64,000 bases of DNA from a virus. The stretch's first letter is position 1. Every line of letters begins with the position of its first letter. Position numbers and translations under genes: made by a program. Of this stretch, positions 24,422 through 33,929 are shown piece after piece. The notes below the pieces were generated by a model that ran no database searches, was not told the DNA's origin, and was given only the letters and a program-made list of their open reading frames with translations. The stretch lies in the IMG/VR virus record IMGVR_UViG_3300025715_000001; one strand, 5' to 3'.

Positions 24422-24949
24422 ATGAGCAAGAAGCACACCCAGCCGCGCCCTATTAAAGTGGCCGATCGGTCCGGCGACGAGTTACTGGCCTTTCCCTCCG
24501 CCCGTCACGTCCTGACAGGCCGCCAGCGCGACCTGCCCAACCCAACCGCCGCGCTGGCGGAACTGGGCCAGCCCCAGCCGAGTGAGCGCGCCCGGTTGCG
24601 CGCCGCGAGCGTTCAGCACGAGCAGCGTGAGGCGCGAGCCAGAAGGGAGGCGCAGCAGATTTTGGCGGCGGCGGAACGGCCCGCGCCCACCGTCCATGAT
24701 GACCTCCAGGCCGCCAAGCGCCGGCCCTGGGATGCGCCAATGGCGACATCGGTCAATGATCTGCCCTTGCCGCCTGCGCCGATGATCTGCGGGCTGAGCG
24801 GGCTGCCAGACCCGCTGGCGACGCTGGCGTGGGAGGCGGTAGTCACTGACGCTGCGGCAACGGCGCGGTCGCTATGGACGCGCGTGCGGTTGCCGCTGGC
24901 GTTCACGGCCTGGTCCATCGGCTGCTTCCTGCTGGGGCGGCTGGCATAA
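24422..24949 (+). CDS. hypothetical protein with a C-terminal TM segment (paralog of 25244..25438)
   Basis: The C-terminus SLWTRVRLPLAFTAWSIGCFLLGRLA matches SWWTRVQAPLAFAVWSAACFGLGVLA. Confidence 0.45.
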   Translation: MSKKHTQPRPIKVADRSGDELLAFPSARHVLTGRQRDLPNPTAALAELGQPQPSERARLRAASVQHEQREARARREAQQILAAAERPAPTVHDDLQAAKRRPWDAPMATSVNDLPLPPAPMICGLSGLPDPLATLAWEAVVTDAAATARSLWTRVRLPLAFTAWSIGCFLLGRLA

Positions 24950-25243
24950 CGCCGGCCTGGTTGATTTTGTGGTTCTGCACGGCGGTCGCTGAGTCGGATG
25001 CGCCGCGCACTGTTTACTCATCCCGCATTGACGGGATGTTGTTACCAATCCCATTCGCGCCAGGGACGGCACCTGCTCGGAGAATCAAAATGGCCATCAG
25101 CGCAGAAGCGGAAGAGTCCGAACGCTATCAAAAAGCGAAGGCAGAGGCAGAGAGAATAGCTGCCAGAGAGGCAGAGGCTATCATCCTGAATTTCGTGCGC
25201 CGCCAGCAAGAAATGAAGGAAGAGGCAAAGAGGCAGCTTTAAA

Positions 25244-25438
25244 ATGAACAACGCCGCCTATCAGTCTTTCCCCGCCGTCTCCTCGCACTGGCTGATTGAC
25301 CTGCTCGTCAGCCCGGCGCACTGCTACCGCCGCCACATGGCCCCCGCGCGCTCGTGGTGGACCCGCGTCCAGGCGCCGCTGGCGTTTGCCGTGTGGAGCG
25401 CGGCCTGTTTCGGGCTGGGAGTGCTGGCGCGTGGATAA
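25244..25438 (+). CDS. small membrane protein (paralog)
   Basis: See 24422..24949. Confidence 0.4.
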   Translation: MNNAAYQSFPAVSSHWLIDLLVSPAHCYRRHMAPARSWWTRVQAPLAFAVWSAACFGLGVLARG

Positions 25439-25685
25439 CGAGATGGATTGGTCCGCGTTGGTTGTCCAGTTCTGCATGGCGACGGCGGCGGGTGACAGCT
25501 TCCGCACGGTCTATCACGACCGGATTGATGGGCTGCTGTTTCCGCTGTGTGAAGTTGTACATAGAGGACGAGTGCAATGTTAGCGTCAGAGATTTATCGG
25601 CAGACCACTGGGAAAAAAGGGAGTTGGTATCTACAACTAAGGAAATGGCCCAAACTTTGATACGGATTGAAGCGTTGTGGAGGAC

Positions 25686-26075
25686 ATGAGGATGATCTCG
25701 TTACACGACCTCGCGGCGGAATACGCCGCTGCGAAAGAGGCCGAAAACCAGTGGGCCACTCGGCGCCGTGAACTGGCCGCCGCGATTCAGGCGGCGACCG
25801 GCCATGAGTCAGAGGGCCAGAAAACCTACGACGCCGAGGGCTGGAAGGTCGCGGTCCGGGCGCCGCTGATCCGCTCGATGGACTGGGACCAGTGGGAGGC
25901 GGTGAAAGAGCGCATTCCCGAAACCCTCTGGCCGGTGGTGTACCGGCCTACCGTGGACTCAAAAGGGGTCGAGTGGATCGCCAACAACGACCCACAGACC
26001 TGGGCGGTGCTGGCTCCCTGTCTCACTACGAAACCCGGCGCCGTGCAGGTCACGGTCACGCCGGTGGAGGGATAA
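25686..26075 (+). CDS. hypothetical protein preceding the recombination module
   Basis: ORF packed against the ATPase gene. The exact start is uncertain (GTG 25677, ATG 25686 or ATG 25692). Confidence 0.5.
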   Translation: MRMISLHDLAAEYAAAKEAENQWATRRRELAAAIQAATGHESEGQKTYDAEGWKVAVRAPLIRSMDWDQWEAVKERIPETLWPVVYRPTVDSKGVEWIANNDPQTWAVLAPCLTTKPGAVQVTVTPVEG

Positions 26076-26821
26076 TGATGGCTTTTGACCTGACTTCGAT
26101 TCAGCGCGGCCCGCGCTGTCATCCGCCGCGCCTACTGGTCTACGGCCCGCACGGCGTAGGGAAAACCACGTTTGCCTGCGCCGCCCCCGCGCCCATCGTG
26201 ATCCAGACGGAGGACGGGTTGGGAATGCTGGAGACCCCGGCGTTTCCGTTGGCTACCGAAACCGCCCACGTGTTTGAGGCGCTGGAGACCCTCTACAACC
26301 AGGAGCACGAGTTTACAACCGTGGTACTCGATAGTGCGGACTGGCTGGACAATCTGATCGCCAAAGAAGTTCGCGCCAGTCACACCATTCAGGAATTGGC
26401 CTACGGCAAAGACACGTTGCTGATCGCCGAGCAATGGCGGCTGGTGCTGGACTGGTTCAACGCCCTGCGCGGCAAAGGCATGACCGTCATCCTGATCGGC
26501 CATGCCGAGATCAAGCGGTTCGATAGCCCAGATTCAGACAGTTACGAACGGTATCAGCCCAAGCTGACCGCCCGCGCCTCGGCGTTGGTGCAGGAATGGG
26601 CCGACGCCGTGCTGTTTGCCGGATTTAAGACGTTCGTCAAGAGCGAGAAAGTTACCGAACAGAAATCGGTCAAGAAAGCCGTGTCTGGTGGTGAGCGCCT
26701 GCTGCACACCGGCGAAAAGCCGGCGCATCTTGCCAAGAATCGTTACAGCCTGCCCGAAACCCTCCCGCTGTCTTGGGAGTCGTTTTCCAAGGCGCTGCCG
26801 GCGCTGCCCCTCCCGTTCTAA
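26075..26821 (+). CDS. Sak4-like / AAA_24 RecA-fold ATPase
   Basis: Walker A VYGPHGVGKTT and Walker B-like TVVLDSADWL. Typical phage recombination-module neighbour. Confidence 0.75.
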   Translation: MMAFDLTSIQRGPRCHPPRLLVYGPHGVGKTTFACAAPAPIVIQTEDGLGMLETPAFPLATETAHVFEALETLYNQEHEFTTVVLDSADWLDNLIAKEVRASHTIQELAYGKDTLLIAEQWRLVLDWFNALRGKGMTVILIGHAEIKRFDSPDSDSYERYQPKLTARASALVQEWADAVLFAGFKTFVKSEKVTEQKSVKKAVSGGERLLHTGEKPAHLAKNRYSLPETLPLSWESFSKALPALPLPF

Positions 26822-26889
26822 CCCTCAACCCAACCTAACCCAACCCAACCGATTCGACCTGAACCGACTGAACCAACCGGAGAACATCC

Positions 26890-27561
26890 ATGGCGTACTT
26901 AGGCTCGTTTGATGCAAACACGGTAGAACCTGCCGATTTTTCTGCCCTGCCTGCGGGCGACTACCTTGCGCTGATTTCCAGTAGCGAATGGAAGCCCGCG
27001 AAATCGGGCGGCCAGTATTTGTCTCTCACTTTGCAGGTGCTGGAGGGGCCGCATCAGGGGCGCTTTCTGTGGCACAACCTGAATCTCAACCACCCCACGG
27101 CACAGGCCGCTGAAATTGCGCAGCGCGAACTGTCGGCCATTTGCCGGGCGACCGGTCAGATGGCGATTTCTGACAGTGAGCAACTGCACGACATCCCGAT
27201 CATCGTGAAAGTCGCGTATGTGCCCGCCAAGGACCAGTGGCCGGAGAAAAATCAGATCAAGCAATGGAAGCCGGCAGGCTCCGCCGCTCAGCCGGCGCTG
27301 ACCCCGGCCCCCGCGCCAGCGACCAAGCCCGCGCCGAAGGCCGCCCCCGCCCCCGCCCCCGCCGCCAAGGTCGCGCCCGCGCCGAAAGCGCCGCCTCCCG
27401 TGGCCGGCAAGCCCTGGGCGAAACCGGCGCCGGCGCCCGTGCCGGAAGTGGCGACCGCGCCGAAAGCGCCGCCTCCCGTGGCCGGCAAGCCCTGGGCGAA
27501 ACCGGCGCCGGCGCCCGTGCCGGAAGTGGCGACCGCTGACGACGACGACATCACGTTCTAA
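26890..27561 (+). CDS. DUF669-like single-strand-binding-type protein with Pro/Ala repeats and an acidic tail
   Basis: N-terminal AYLGSFDA..VEP...FSALPAGDY and an SSB-like C-terminal DDDDITF. Confidence 0.65.
   Translation: MAYLGSFDANTVEPADFSALPAGDYLALISSSEWKPAKSGGQYLSLTLQVLEGPHQGRFLWHNLNLNHPTAQAAEIAQRELSAICRATGQMAISDSEQLHDIPIIVKVAYVPAKDQWPEKNQIKQWKPAGSAAQPALTPAPAPATKPAPKAAPAPAPAAKVAPAPKAPPPVAGKPWAKPAPAPVPEVATAPKAPPPVAGKPWAKPAPAPVPEVATADDDDITF
27379..27534 (+). repeat. perfect 78-nt tandem duplication (2 copies) inside the DUF669-like gene
   Basis: Units 27379-27456 and 27457-27534 are identical and encode APKAPPPVAGKPWAKPAPAPVPEVAT twice. Confidence 0.9.
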
Positions 27562-27573
27562 CGCCCTACCGCC

Positions 27574-28872
27574 ATGGCCACGATCAACTACAGCGTTGAC
27601 CCGACCCTGGCGGCGCTGGACGCCCTGCACACACAGGCGTCCAGCCACGACGCGCCTCGGCGCTATCTGGGCGCGTCGCTGATCGGCCAGGAGTGTGCGC
27701 GGCGCATCTGGTTCAGTTTCCGCTGGACCTTGCCCCGGTCGTTCCCGGCCACTTCGTACCGCGCGATCCAGGACGGCCATCGGGGGGAGGCGCAAATGGC
27801 CGGCTGGCTGCGCACGGTGCCGGGGATTGAACTGTGGACGACCGATCCCGATGACCCGCAACGGCCTATTGGGTTTGTCGCCTGTTCCGGGCATTTCCGG
27901 GGGCACCTCGACGGCATTATCAGCGGTTTGTACCAGGCAACCCAGGCTCCGCACGTCTGGGAGCACAAGGTCTGCAACGAGACCAAATGGAACAAGTTGG
28001 TCAAGTTGATTCAGCAGCACGGCGAGAAAGCGGCGCTGGCGCTGTGGGATGCCGTCTACTACGCCCAGGCTCAGGTGTACATGCACCAGATGGACCTGAC
28101 TCGCCATTATCTGACGGTGGGCACGCCGGGCAACCGGCAACTGGTCTCCTGTCGCACGGAGTATCGCGCCCAGGCCGCCAAGGCCCTACTCAAAAAAGCC
28201 GAGCAGATCATCACCGCCGACCGCCCACCGCTCAAAATTAGCGACAACCCGACGTGGTATCAGTGCAAGCTCTGTGACTACCACGCGCTCTGTCACGGCC
28301 CGGCTTTGCCGGCGGTGAACTGCCGCACCTGCGCCCACAGCACGGCCCGGCTCGATGAGTCCCGGCCTTGGACCTGCGAACAGCGCCAGGCCGCGATTGA
28401 CGGCGACCAGGCGGGCTGTGACCACCATGCGTTTCATCCCGACCTGCTGGCCAACACTGCCGAGCCGGTCAACGCCGACCCAAAAACCGGCACGATCACG
28501 TTTCGTAGAAAGAGCGATGGCGCGACTTGGGACAACGGGTTGAACGGATTAAAAAGCGCAGATTGGATAAAAATAAACAAGGAATTTGCAGAAAACTCAC
28601 AAAAAAACGCTGAATTTTCTATTCATGATGAAAATAAAGTGCTGACGGCCCTGGCCGCCGAGTCGGCGATTCCCGCCGATGCCCTGCTGTCTGGCGCTCT
28701 CGACGAGGCCGAATGGAATCAGGTGACCGATGCGTGCATCCGGCTTTGCCATGCCTGGACCGGCGAGGATCGGCGCAAACGGACCCTGGCGGCGCTGATT
28801 GAGCAGATGGACAGCGCCTATTACGCGCTGGCAGAGCGCGTGCAAATCCAAATCAAGGGGGTGGGGGCGTGA
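27574..28872 (+). CDS. PD-(D/E)XK (YqaJ/Cas4-like) exonuclease with a Cys cluster
   Basis: GHLDGII...VWEHKV (D...ExK) and CKLCDYHALC...CRTCAH cysteines. Confidence 0.65.
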   Translation: MATINYSVDPTLAALDALHTQASSHDAPRRYLGASLIGQECARRIWFSFRWTLPRSFPATSYRAIQDGHRGEAQMAGWLRTVPGIELWTTDPDDPQRPIGFVACSGHFRGHLDGIISGLYQATQAPHVWEHKVCNETKWNKLVKLIQQHGEKAALALWDAVYYAQAQVYMHQMDLTRHYLTVGTPGNRQLVSCRTEYRAQAAKALLKKAEQIITADRPPLKISDNPTWYQCKLCDYHALCHGPALPAVNCRTCAHSTARLDESRPWTCEQRQAAIDGDQAGCDHHAFHPDLLANTAEPVNADPKTGTITFRRKSDGATWDNGLNGLKSADWIKINKEFAENSQKNAEFSIHDENKVLTALAAESAIPADALLSGALDEAEWNQVTDACIRLCHAWTGEDRRKRTLAALIEQMDSAYYALAERVQIQIKGVGA

Positions 28873-31682
28873 TTCTCCGCGACTATCAAACCGCCGCCAG
28901 CCACGCCGCCGACCAGGCCATGCGCCAAGGTCAGTCCGGGGTTTGCCTGATAATCCCGACTGGCGGCGGCAAAACGATTGTGATGGCCGACATGATCCAT
29001 CGCTGGCTGACTACCTGGCCGGATACCCGCGTGGCGGTACTGGCCCACACGAAGGAACTGGTCGAACAGAATACCCAGAAATTCAGGATATTTTGGGACG
29101 CGCAAAACCACACCCCGGCCCCGGTTGGCGTGTATTGCGCCGGTCTGAAGCGCCGCGATATGGATGCGTCCGTGCTGTTCGTCAGCATCCAGTCGGTCGC
29201 CCGAAAAGCGATGCAACTGGGGATGTTTGACGTTCTGCTGATTGACGAAGCACACCACATTCCAACGGCCCGCGACGAGGGTATCTGGCGCACGTTTATC
29301 AATGATGCCCGCCGCGCCAATCCGAACCTGCGCATCATTGGCCTGAGCGCAACACCGTGGCGACTCGGTAGCGGGTCTATTATCGGGCCAGACTCCATCC
29401 TGCAAAGCATCGCTTACGAAATCGGCGTTGCGGACCTGATTCAGCAAGGGTATCTCAGTCCTTTGATCTGCAAGGGCAGCGCCGTGCAACCCGATACGTC
29501 CCGCCTGCACATCCGGCAGGGCGAGTATATCGGGGCGGAACTGGCGGAACTGATGGACCAGCAAAACCTGATTGAGGGCGCTGTGCAGGATATGGTGCGG
29601 CTGGGCCACGACCGGAAAAGCTGGCTCCTGTTTTGTTCTGGCGTGGCGCACAGTCAGCACGTCGCCGATACTCTGAATGCGGCGGGTATTCCTGCCGCCA
29701 GCCTGACCGGCGAAACCCCTGGCACAGAACGCGACCGCCTGATCGTTGATTTTAAAGCCGGCAAGATTCGCGCCCTGTGCAATTGCATGGTGCTTTGTCT
29801 CGATGAGAAAACGCAAATCTTAACGGATTCAGGATGGGTAGGTATTGACGACATTAATCCTCAGTCGCGTGTGGCGAATTGGGATAATGGCAATATCTAT
29901 TTTGAAGAGCCGCTAGATATTTTCAAGCGGGATCGGGGTATTGATGAGCGAATGTTTAGCATTCATCACCACAGCGCTAGGGTTACGGAAGGGCACAATA
30001 TCCTGGTCGCGTCTGGTGGCAAGCGTGATGTTTGGAAAAAAAGACCTGTCGAGTCTTTGAATGGAAAACAGTGCATCATGCCTGTTTCTGGGTTGGCCCC
30101 GCCTAAATCCATTGATCTGCCTATGCAGGTTCTTCCAAAATCAAAGCATGGGCGATTGGTTTCTGCGCTTTCTTACCATCTGCGAAAAACACATGGGATG
30201 ACCCCGGCAGGGGCAAAGATCGAGGCAACCCATAGAGTCAATACCCGTTATGCAATGCAATATACCGCAGTTGAAAACCTGACGGATGAGCAATGTGCGT
30301 TTATTGGGCTGTTTCACGCAGACGGGACCAAGACCGCTTTAAACAAAGGCGGCTTTGAGTTTAAGTTTGCTACCGGAAAGCATCAGCCATCTATTGTTGA
30401 GGCGTTCAATAAAGTTTTCGATGGCGTTGATTGTCACCGCATTGAGCGAGAAAAGCAAAGCACGATTGAATGGAGCTTTTCTCGTGGGACCGGAGGCGGG
30501 CATCAAAAACGCAAAGGTGTTTTTGAAATTGAGATTTACCTGAAAAAAGGCAGTCTTGATTTTTTATGGGGACTGGATCAACGCCAGTTTGATGCGTTTA
30601 TTTATGGGTTTTGGCTAGGGGACGGCAATCACGGCAATCACGGGCAGCGCCCTCCTGCGTCCAAAACTATTTCGCTCTATCAAGCCAGCCCTGATGTCCT
30701 TGATATAATTCAGGCTGTGGCTGTTTGTCGAAATTATAAATCCTACCTGTCTTATACCCCAAATGGAGAAAACTTCATTCTTGGTACGTTGTTCCTGTCG
30801 AAAAAAACAACACACAACATTGCTGCCCGTCATTCATGGAAAGAAGAATCTTCTTACACGCCTGAGCGAGTTTGGTGTGTAAAAACCAAAAGCGGAAATA
30901 TTATTACCCGAAGAAACGGGTCAGTGACTGTTATGGGGAATTGCGAGGGCTTCGACCATCCCGGTATTGATCTCGTGGCGCTGTTACGCCCGACCAAAAG
31001 CGCCGGACTGTATTACCAAATGGTCGGGCGCGGGTTTCGTCTGGCCCCGGCCAAAAGCGATTGTCTCGTACTGGACTACGCGGGCGTGATTGCCGAACAC
31101 GGCCCGGTGGACGCCATCACGGTCAAAAAACAAAAGGCTAAAGGCGAAGCCGCCACTACGGGCGCGCCGACTAAAACGTGCCCGGAATGCCAGACCTATC
31201 TCCATCCATCAACCAATCCCTGCCCGGAATGCGGCTATACCTGGGCGCGTGAACTCAAGCACGAGGCTCAGGCGAAAGCGGCAGCAATTTTATCAACCCA
31301 GTTGCCGCCTCCGCCCCCGCCCGTTCGTTACGACGTGTCCCGTGTCGCCTATTCCAAGCATCTCGGTAAGTCCGGTGTCCCCACCTTGCGCGTGGACTAT
31401 TTCAGCGGACTTTTTCGCGTGGCGAGTGAATGGGTGTGCCTGGAACATACCGGGTATGCGCGGCAGAATGCGGAAAAGTGGTGGAAACAGCGCGAACCCC
31501 GCCCGATGAAATTCATCCCGATAACCGTTAATCAGGTCATGGACTGGATTGATGGCGGGTATGAACCCAAACAACCCACCGCCATTCACGTTCGGCCCGC
31601 CCGCGACGCGAAAGGCTGGCCGGAGATCGTGAAATACGAATGGCCGAAATCGGATTCCGTAATGCTCAAATGCGCTGCCTAG
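28869..31682 (+). CDS. SF2 DEAD/DEAH-box DNA helicase interrupted by an intein; C-terminal zinc ribbon
   Basis: PTGGGKT, LLIDEAHH, SATP, EGFD..., QMVGRGFR, CPEC...CPECG. Confidence 0.85.
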   Translation: MILRDYQTAASHAADQAMRQGQSGVCLIIPTGGGKTIVMADMIHRWLTTWPDTRVAVLAHTKELVEQNTQKFRIFWDAQNHTPAPVGVYCAGLKRRDMDASVLFVSIQSVARKAMQLGMFDVLLIDEAHHIPTARDEGIWRTFINDARRANPNLRIIGLSATPWRLGSGSIIGPDSILQSIAYEIGVADLIQQGYLSPLICKGSAVQPDTSRLHIRQGEYIGAELAELMDQQNLIEGAVQDMVRLGHDRKSWLLFCSGVAHSQHVADTLNAAGIPAASLTGETPGTERDRLIVDFKAGKIRALCNCMVLCLDEKTQILTDSGWVGIDDINPQSRVANWDNGNIYFEEPLDIFKRDRGIDERMFSIHHHSARVTEGHNILVASGGKRDVWKKRPVESLNGKQCIMPVSGLAPPKSIDLPMQVLPKSKHGRLVSALSYHLRKTHGMTPAGAKIEATHRVNTRYAMQYTAVENLTDEQCAFIGLFHADGTKTALNKGGFEFKFATGKHQPSIVEAFNKVFDGVDCHRIEREKQSTIEWSFSRGTGGGHQKRKGVFEIEIYLKKGSLDFLWGLDQRQFDAFIYGFWLGDGNHGNHGQRPPASKTISLYQASPDVLDIIQAVAVCRNYKSYLSYTPNGENFILGTLFLSKKTTHNIAARHSWKEESSYTPERVWCVKTKSGNIITRRNGSVTVMGNCEGFDHPGIDLVALLRPTKSAGLYYQMVGRGFRLAPAKSDCLVLDYAGVIAEHGPVDAITVKKQKAKGEAATTGAPTKTCPECQTYLHPSTNPCPECGYTWARELKHEAQAKAAAILSTQLPPPPPPVRYDVSRVAYSKHLGKSGVPTLRVDYFSGLFRVASEWVCLEHTGYARQNAEKWWKQREPRPMKFIPITVNQVMDWIDGGYEPKQPTAIHVRPARDAKGWPEIVKYEWPKSDSVMLKCAA
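29796..30941 (+). mobile_element. intein (382 aa) with a LAGLIDADG homing-endonuclease domain
   Basis: Starts CLDEKTQILT and ends VTVMGN, followed by the +1 Cys (CEGFD). Two LAGLIDADG-type motifs, FIGLFHADGT and FIYGFWLGDGN. AT-rich relative to the host gene. It splits the conserved VL-x-EGFD helicase motif. Confidence 0.75.
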
Positions 31683-32132
31683 AAAGGAACGCCGCGATGA
31701 CTGCTGTAAATCAGGTAGTGGACGCGCTGTACCGGATGTTTACCGCCACGATTTTGTTCCCCGATCCACGGGATGAAGAGTACTGCCGGGTGCTGTGTAG
31801 AGGCCGCTACCGGAACCTCCGCATGAGAACGCTGAGCCATGACCGAAGAAAGTCTAGCCTTGCAGCGCATGAACGCCGCTGAGGATTTCCCGCGCAACAC
31901 CTGCCCAGCCTCCCGGATTACAGCGGGCCTCGCCGAGGCGATGATCACGGGCCGACCCTATCCGCTGCTGACGGAAGAGCGGGAATACTGCGGTGCGATG
32001 CTGGCCGCCACGGTGGCGGCCCTGTGGGAACTGCGAACCGAAATGGCGCGATTGCCGGCGGCGAAAATCAAAAATCTTTAAAAATTTCTCTACCTACTCC
32101 GTTGTAGTAGGTAGGAACCAAGGAGAACTGTC

Positions 32133-32342
32133 ATGTTGTTCAACAATCCCCGTATCACCGCCGCCGCTGACCGATTGGTCGCTGCACTCGAATCTGGTCA
32201 GGAGTTGGACCAGGAGCAAATCGAGTTTTTGGAAACTTACGCTTTGGACAGGGCGCTCGATGTCGCCTTGTCCGGTGGCGATATGGACAACCTGGTGAGC
32301 CGCGTTGACGCGGCTAGAAAGGAGCGCAGTCATGCACGATAG
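32133..32342 (+). CDS. hypothetical small protein
   Basis: AAGGAG SD. 69 aa. Confidence 0.4.
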   Translation: MLFNNPRITAAADRLVAALESGQELDQEQIEFLETYALDRALDVALSGGDMDNLVSRVDAARKERSHAR

Positions 32343-32583
32343 CCCCCGCTCGGTTCTCCGCTACGAGGTCCGTGCAGTTGAATATGCACGGATGGGAGTC
32401 GAAGTTGGTGATCGGCATGTTTCCGACCATGTTTGGCCGGACGAGGCTACAGTAGCCGCCTGGGAGTTCTATAATCGGCACCCTGACGAGGATCATTCGG
32501 TTTACGTTAATCAGTATTCCAATGGGGTGCTGGTTGACACCTATCCGATCCTGCCTAAGCAGTCGGCGGATGCAGTGACTTGA
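32332..32583 (+). CDS. hypothetical small protein
   Basis: AAGGAG SD. Sequence MHDSPRSV... Confidence 0.45.
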   Translation: MHDSPRSVLRYEVRAVEYARMGVEVGDRHVSDHVWPDEATVAAWEFYNRHPDEDHSVYVNQYSNGVLVDTYPILPKQSADAVT

Positions 32584-32706
32584 CCGCTGGCCGGGGACGG
32601 GGTAGGCTATCCGTACCTTGAAGTTTCATAGGCGGACTTCCGCCCCGTCAGCGCGCTTTTTTTATGCCCGGCGTTCGCCCGAACGAGGGGCTACCCCAGC
32701 AGCTTA

Positions 32707-32786
32707 GGCGGGGTAGGATGAGGAACGGTAAATAACCAATAGCCGTCCGAGTTTCCTATGACACTCAAGGTGAGTCCTATCCCGCC
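32707..32786 (+). ncRNA. candidate structured regulatory RNA in the rha leader
   Basis: 12-bp closing helix GGCGGGGUAGGA/UCCUAUCCCGCC (one G-U pair). Contains CCUAUGACACUCAAGGUGA, which is complementary to boxes at 32613-32632 and 32802-32820. Confidence 0.3.
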
Positions 32787-32829
32787 GCTCTTATGAGCGG
32801 TATACCTTGAAGTTATAGGAGTTGTACTC

Positions 32830-33615
32830 ATGAGCAGTAATCCCCTTGTTATTACGCCTATTGACGGCGAACCCCGCATTGATTCCCGCCTTGTTGCTGT
32901 TCAGCTTGACGTAGACCATAAGAACACCCGCGAGCTTATTGAAAAATATTCTTCGCAATTTGAAGAACTTGGAATACTACGGTTTGAAACCGCTAAACCT
33001 CCGCAAGGTTCATTGGGCGGGCGCCCAGAGAAGTTCTACCTGCTCAACGAAGATCAGACCTACTTCCTGATGACGCTGGCGAGGACCACTGATCAGGCGG
33101 TAGAGCTTAAGAAGCGGCTGGTCCAGGCCTTCAGCGAGTGCAGGCGCCAAGTACAGGTCGGACAGTCCATGTCTCCTGCCTCACGCCTGGCCGCGTTCGA
33201 TGCGCTTAAACTCGCCAAGGAGGGCGCGCGGGTCGCGCGCATCTTTGGTTTCACGGGGAACATGGTGGCGCTGTCCGCCGATTGCTTCGCCAAGCGCCTG
33301 ACCGGCATCAGCGTGTTGGAGTACATGGGCACGACGCATTTGCTGGCTGATGAACGTGGACGCACCTATACGCCGACCGAACTGGGTAAGTTGTGTACGC
33401 CACCGCTGACGGCGGTCAAGTTCAATCTGTTGTTGGAAGGTGCCGGTTTGCAAGCCAAGGAGTTTGACCACTGGTTGCCGACCGATGCGGCGAGCGGGCT
33501 GTTTGAGTGGCTGGACACAAACAAGCGCCACAGTGACGGAACTCCGGTCAAACAAATCCGCTGGTTCAAGGCGGTGCTGGAACGGCTTTACCCCAGCCAG
33601 AAGGAGGCCGCATGA
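32830..33615 (+). CDS. Rha-family phage regulatory protein / antirepressor-like
   Basis: PRIDSRLVA..L...HKN.RELIEKY......G.LRFET....QGSLGGRPEK.Y.LNEDQ..FL.T is a Rha pattern. Confidence 0.8.
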   Translation: MSSNPLVITPIDGEPRIDSRLVAVQLDVDHKNTRELIEKYSSQFEELGILRFETAKPPQGSLGGRPEKFYLLNEDQTYFLMTLARTTDQAVELKKRLVQAFSECRRQVQVGQSMSPASRLAAFDALKLAKEGARVARIFGFTGNMVALSADCFAKRLTGISVLEYMGTTHLLADERGRTYTPTELGKLCTPPLTAVKFNLLLEGAGLQAKEFDHWLPTDAASGLFEWLDTNKRHSDGTPVKQIRWFKAVLERLYPSQKEAA

Positions 33616-33750
33616 CCTCCGACCGCACGCTGAACCTGGAAGCCCTGCTCGATCTCCCATCGCCTGCGCGCCCACTGCCCCAGCCTGAACCGGCATTGAC
33701 GTGGGCGGCGCCAGGGCGGCGCTTGGCTGGACCGCCGCGCAGGGTTTTTT

Positions 33751-33867
33751 ATTCCGGCAATAATTCCGGCAACCGAAACTTACCGGAATAAAACAATATA
33801 ACTTATTGACTCGTTAGCAGTTTCTAATCCCGGCAATAGTTCCGGCAACTCTTTATTACCGGAATTC
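33751..33867. repeat. two sets of TTCCGGCAA / TTACCGGAAT sites directly upstream of a promoter-like site
   Basis: ATTCCGGCAAT, AATTCCGGCAAC and TTACCGGAAT lie at 33751-33789 and again at 33826-33865. TGGACA-17-TAAACT lies at 33868-33896. Confidence 0.6.
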
Positions 33868-33929
33868 TGGACAGTACCCGAAACCCCTCGTAAACTGCGG
33901 CGTACCTTAACTAAATTCAGGTACGCTTA

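Noticed and set aside
26899-28140. 413-aa minus-strand ORF
   Set aside because: It is antisense to the DUF669-like and exonuclease genes. Its translation is Arg/Gly-rich and repeats because it mirrors the Pro/Ala repeats.
28821-29816. 331-aa minus-strand ORF
   Set aside because: It is antisense to the N-terminal helicase domain, which has clear Walker A and DEAH motifs.
33612-33791. 59-codon ORF ATGA-coupled to the rha stop
   Set aside because: Its second half is read from the terminator-like T-run and the TTCCGGCAA repeat array. The similarity to a frame after alpA (PQPEPALT..APGRRL) is explained by the 45-nt DNA box. It is probably non-coding.
33751-33867. TTCCGGCAA-type repeats as a mini-CRISPR or att site
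   Set aside because: The repeats are only 10-12 nt, in mixed orientation, without spacer-like unique segments. No cas or integrase gene is in the window. They are better explained as protein-binding sites next to a promoter.
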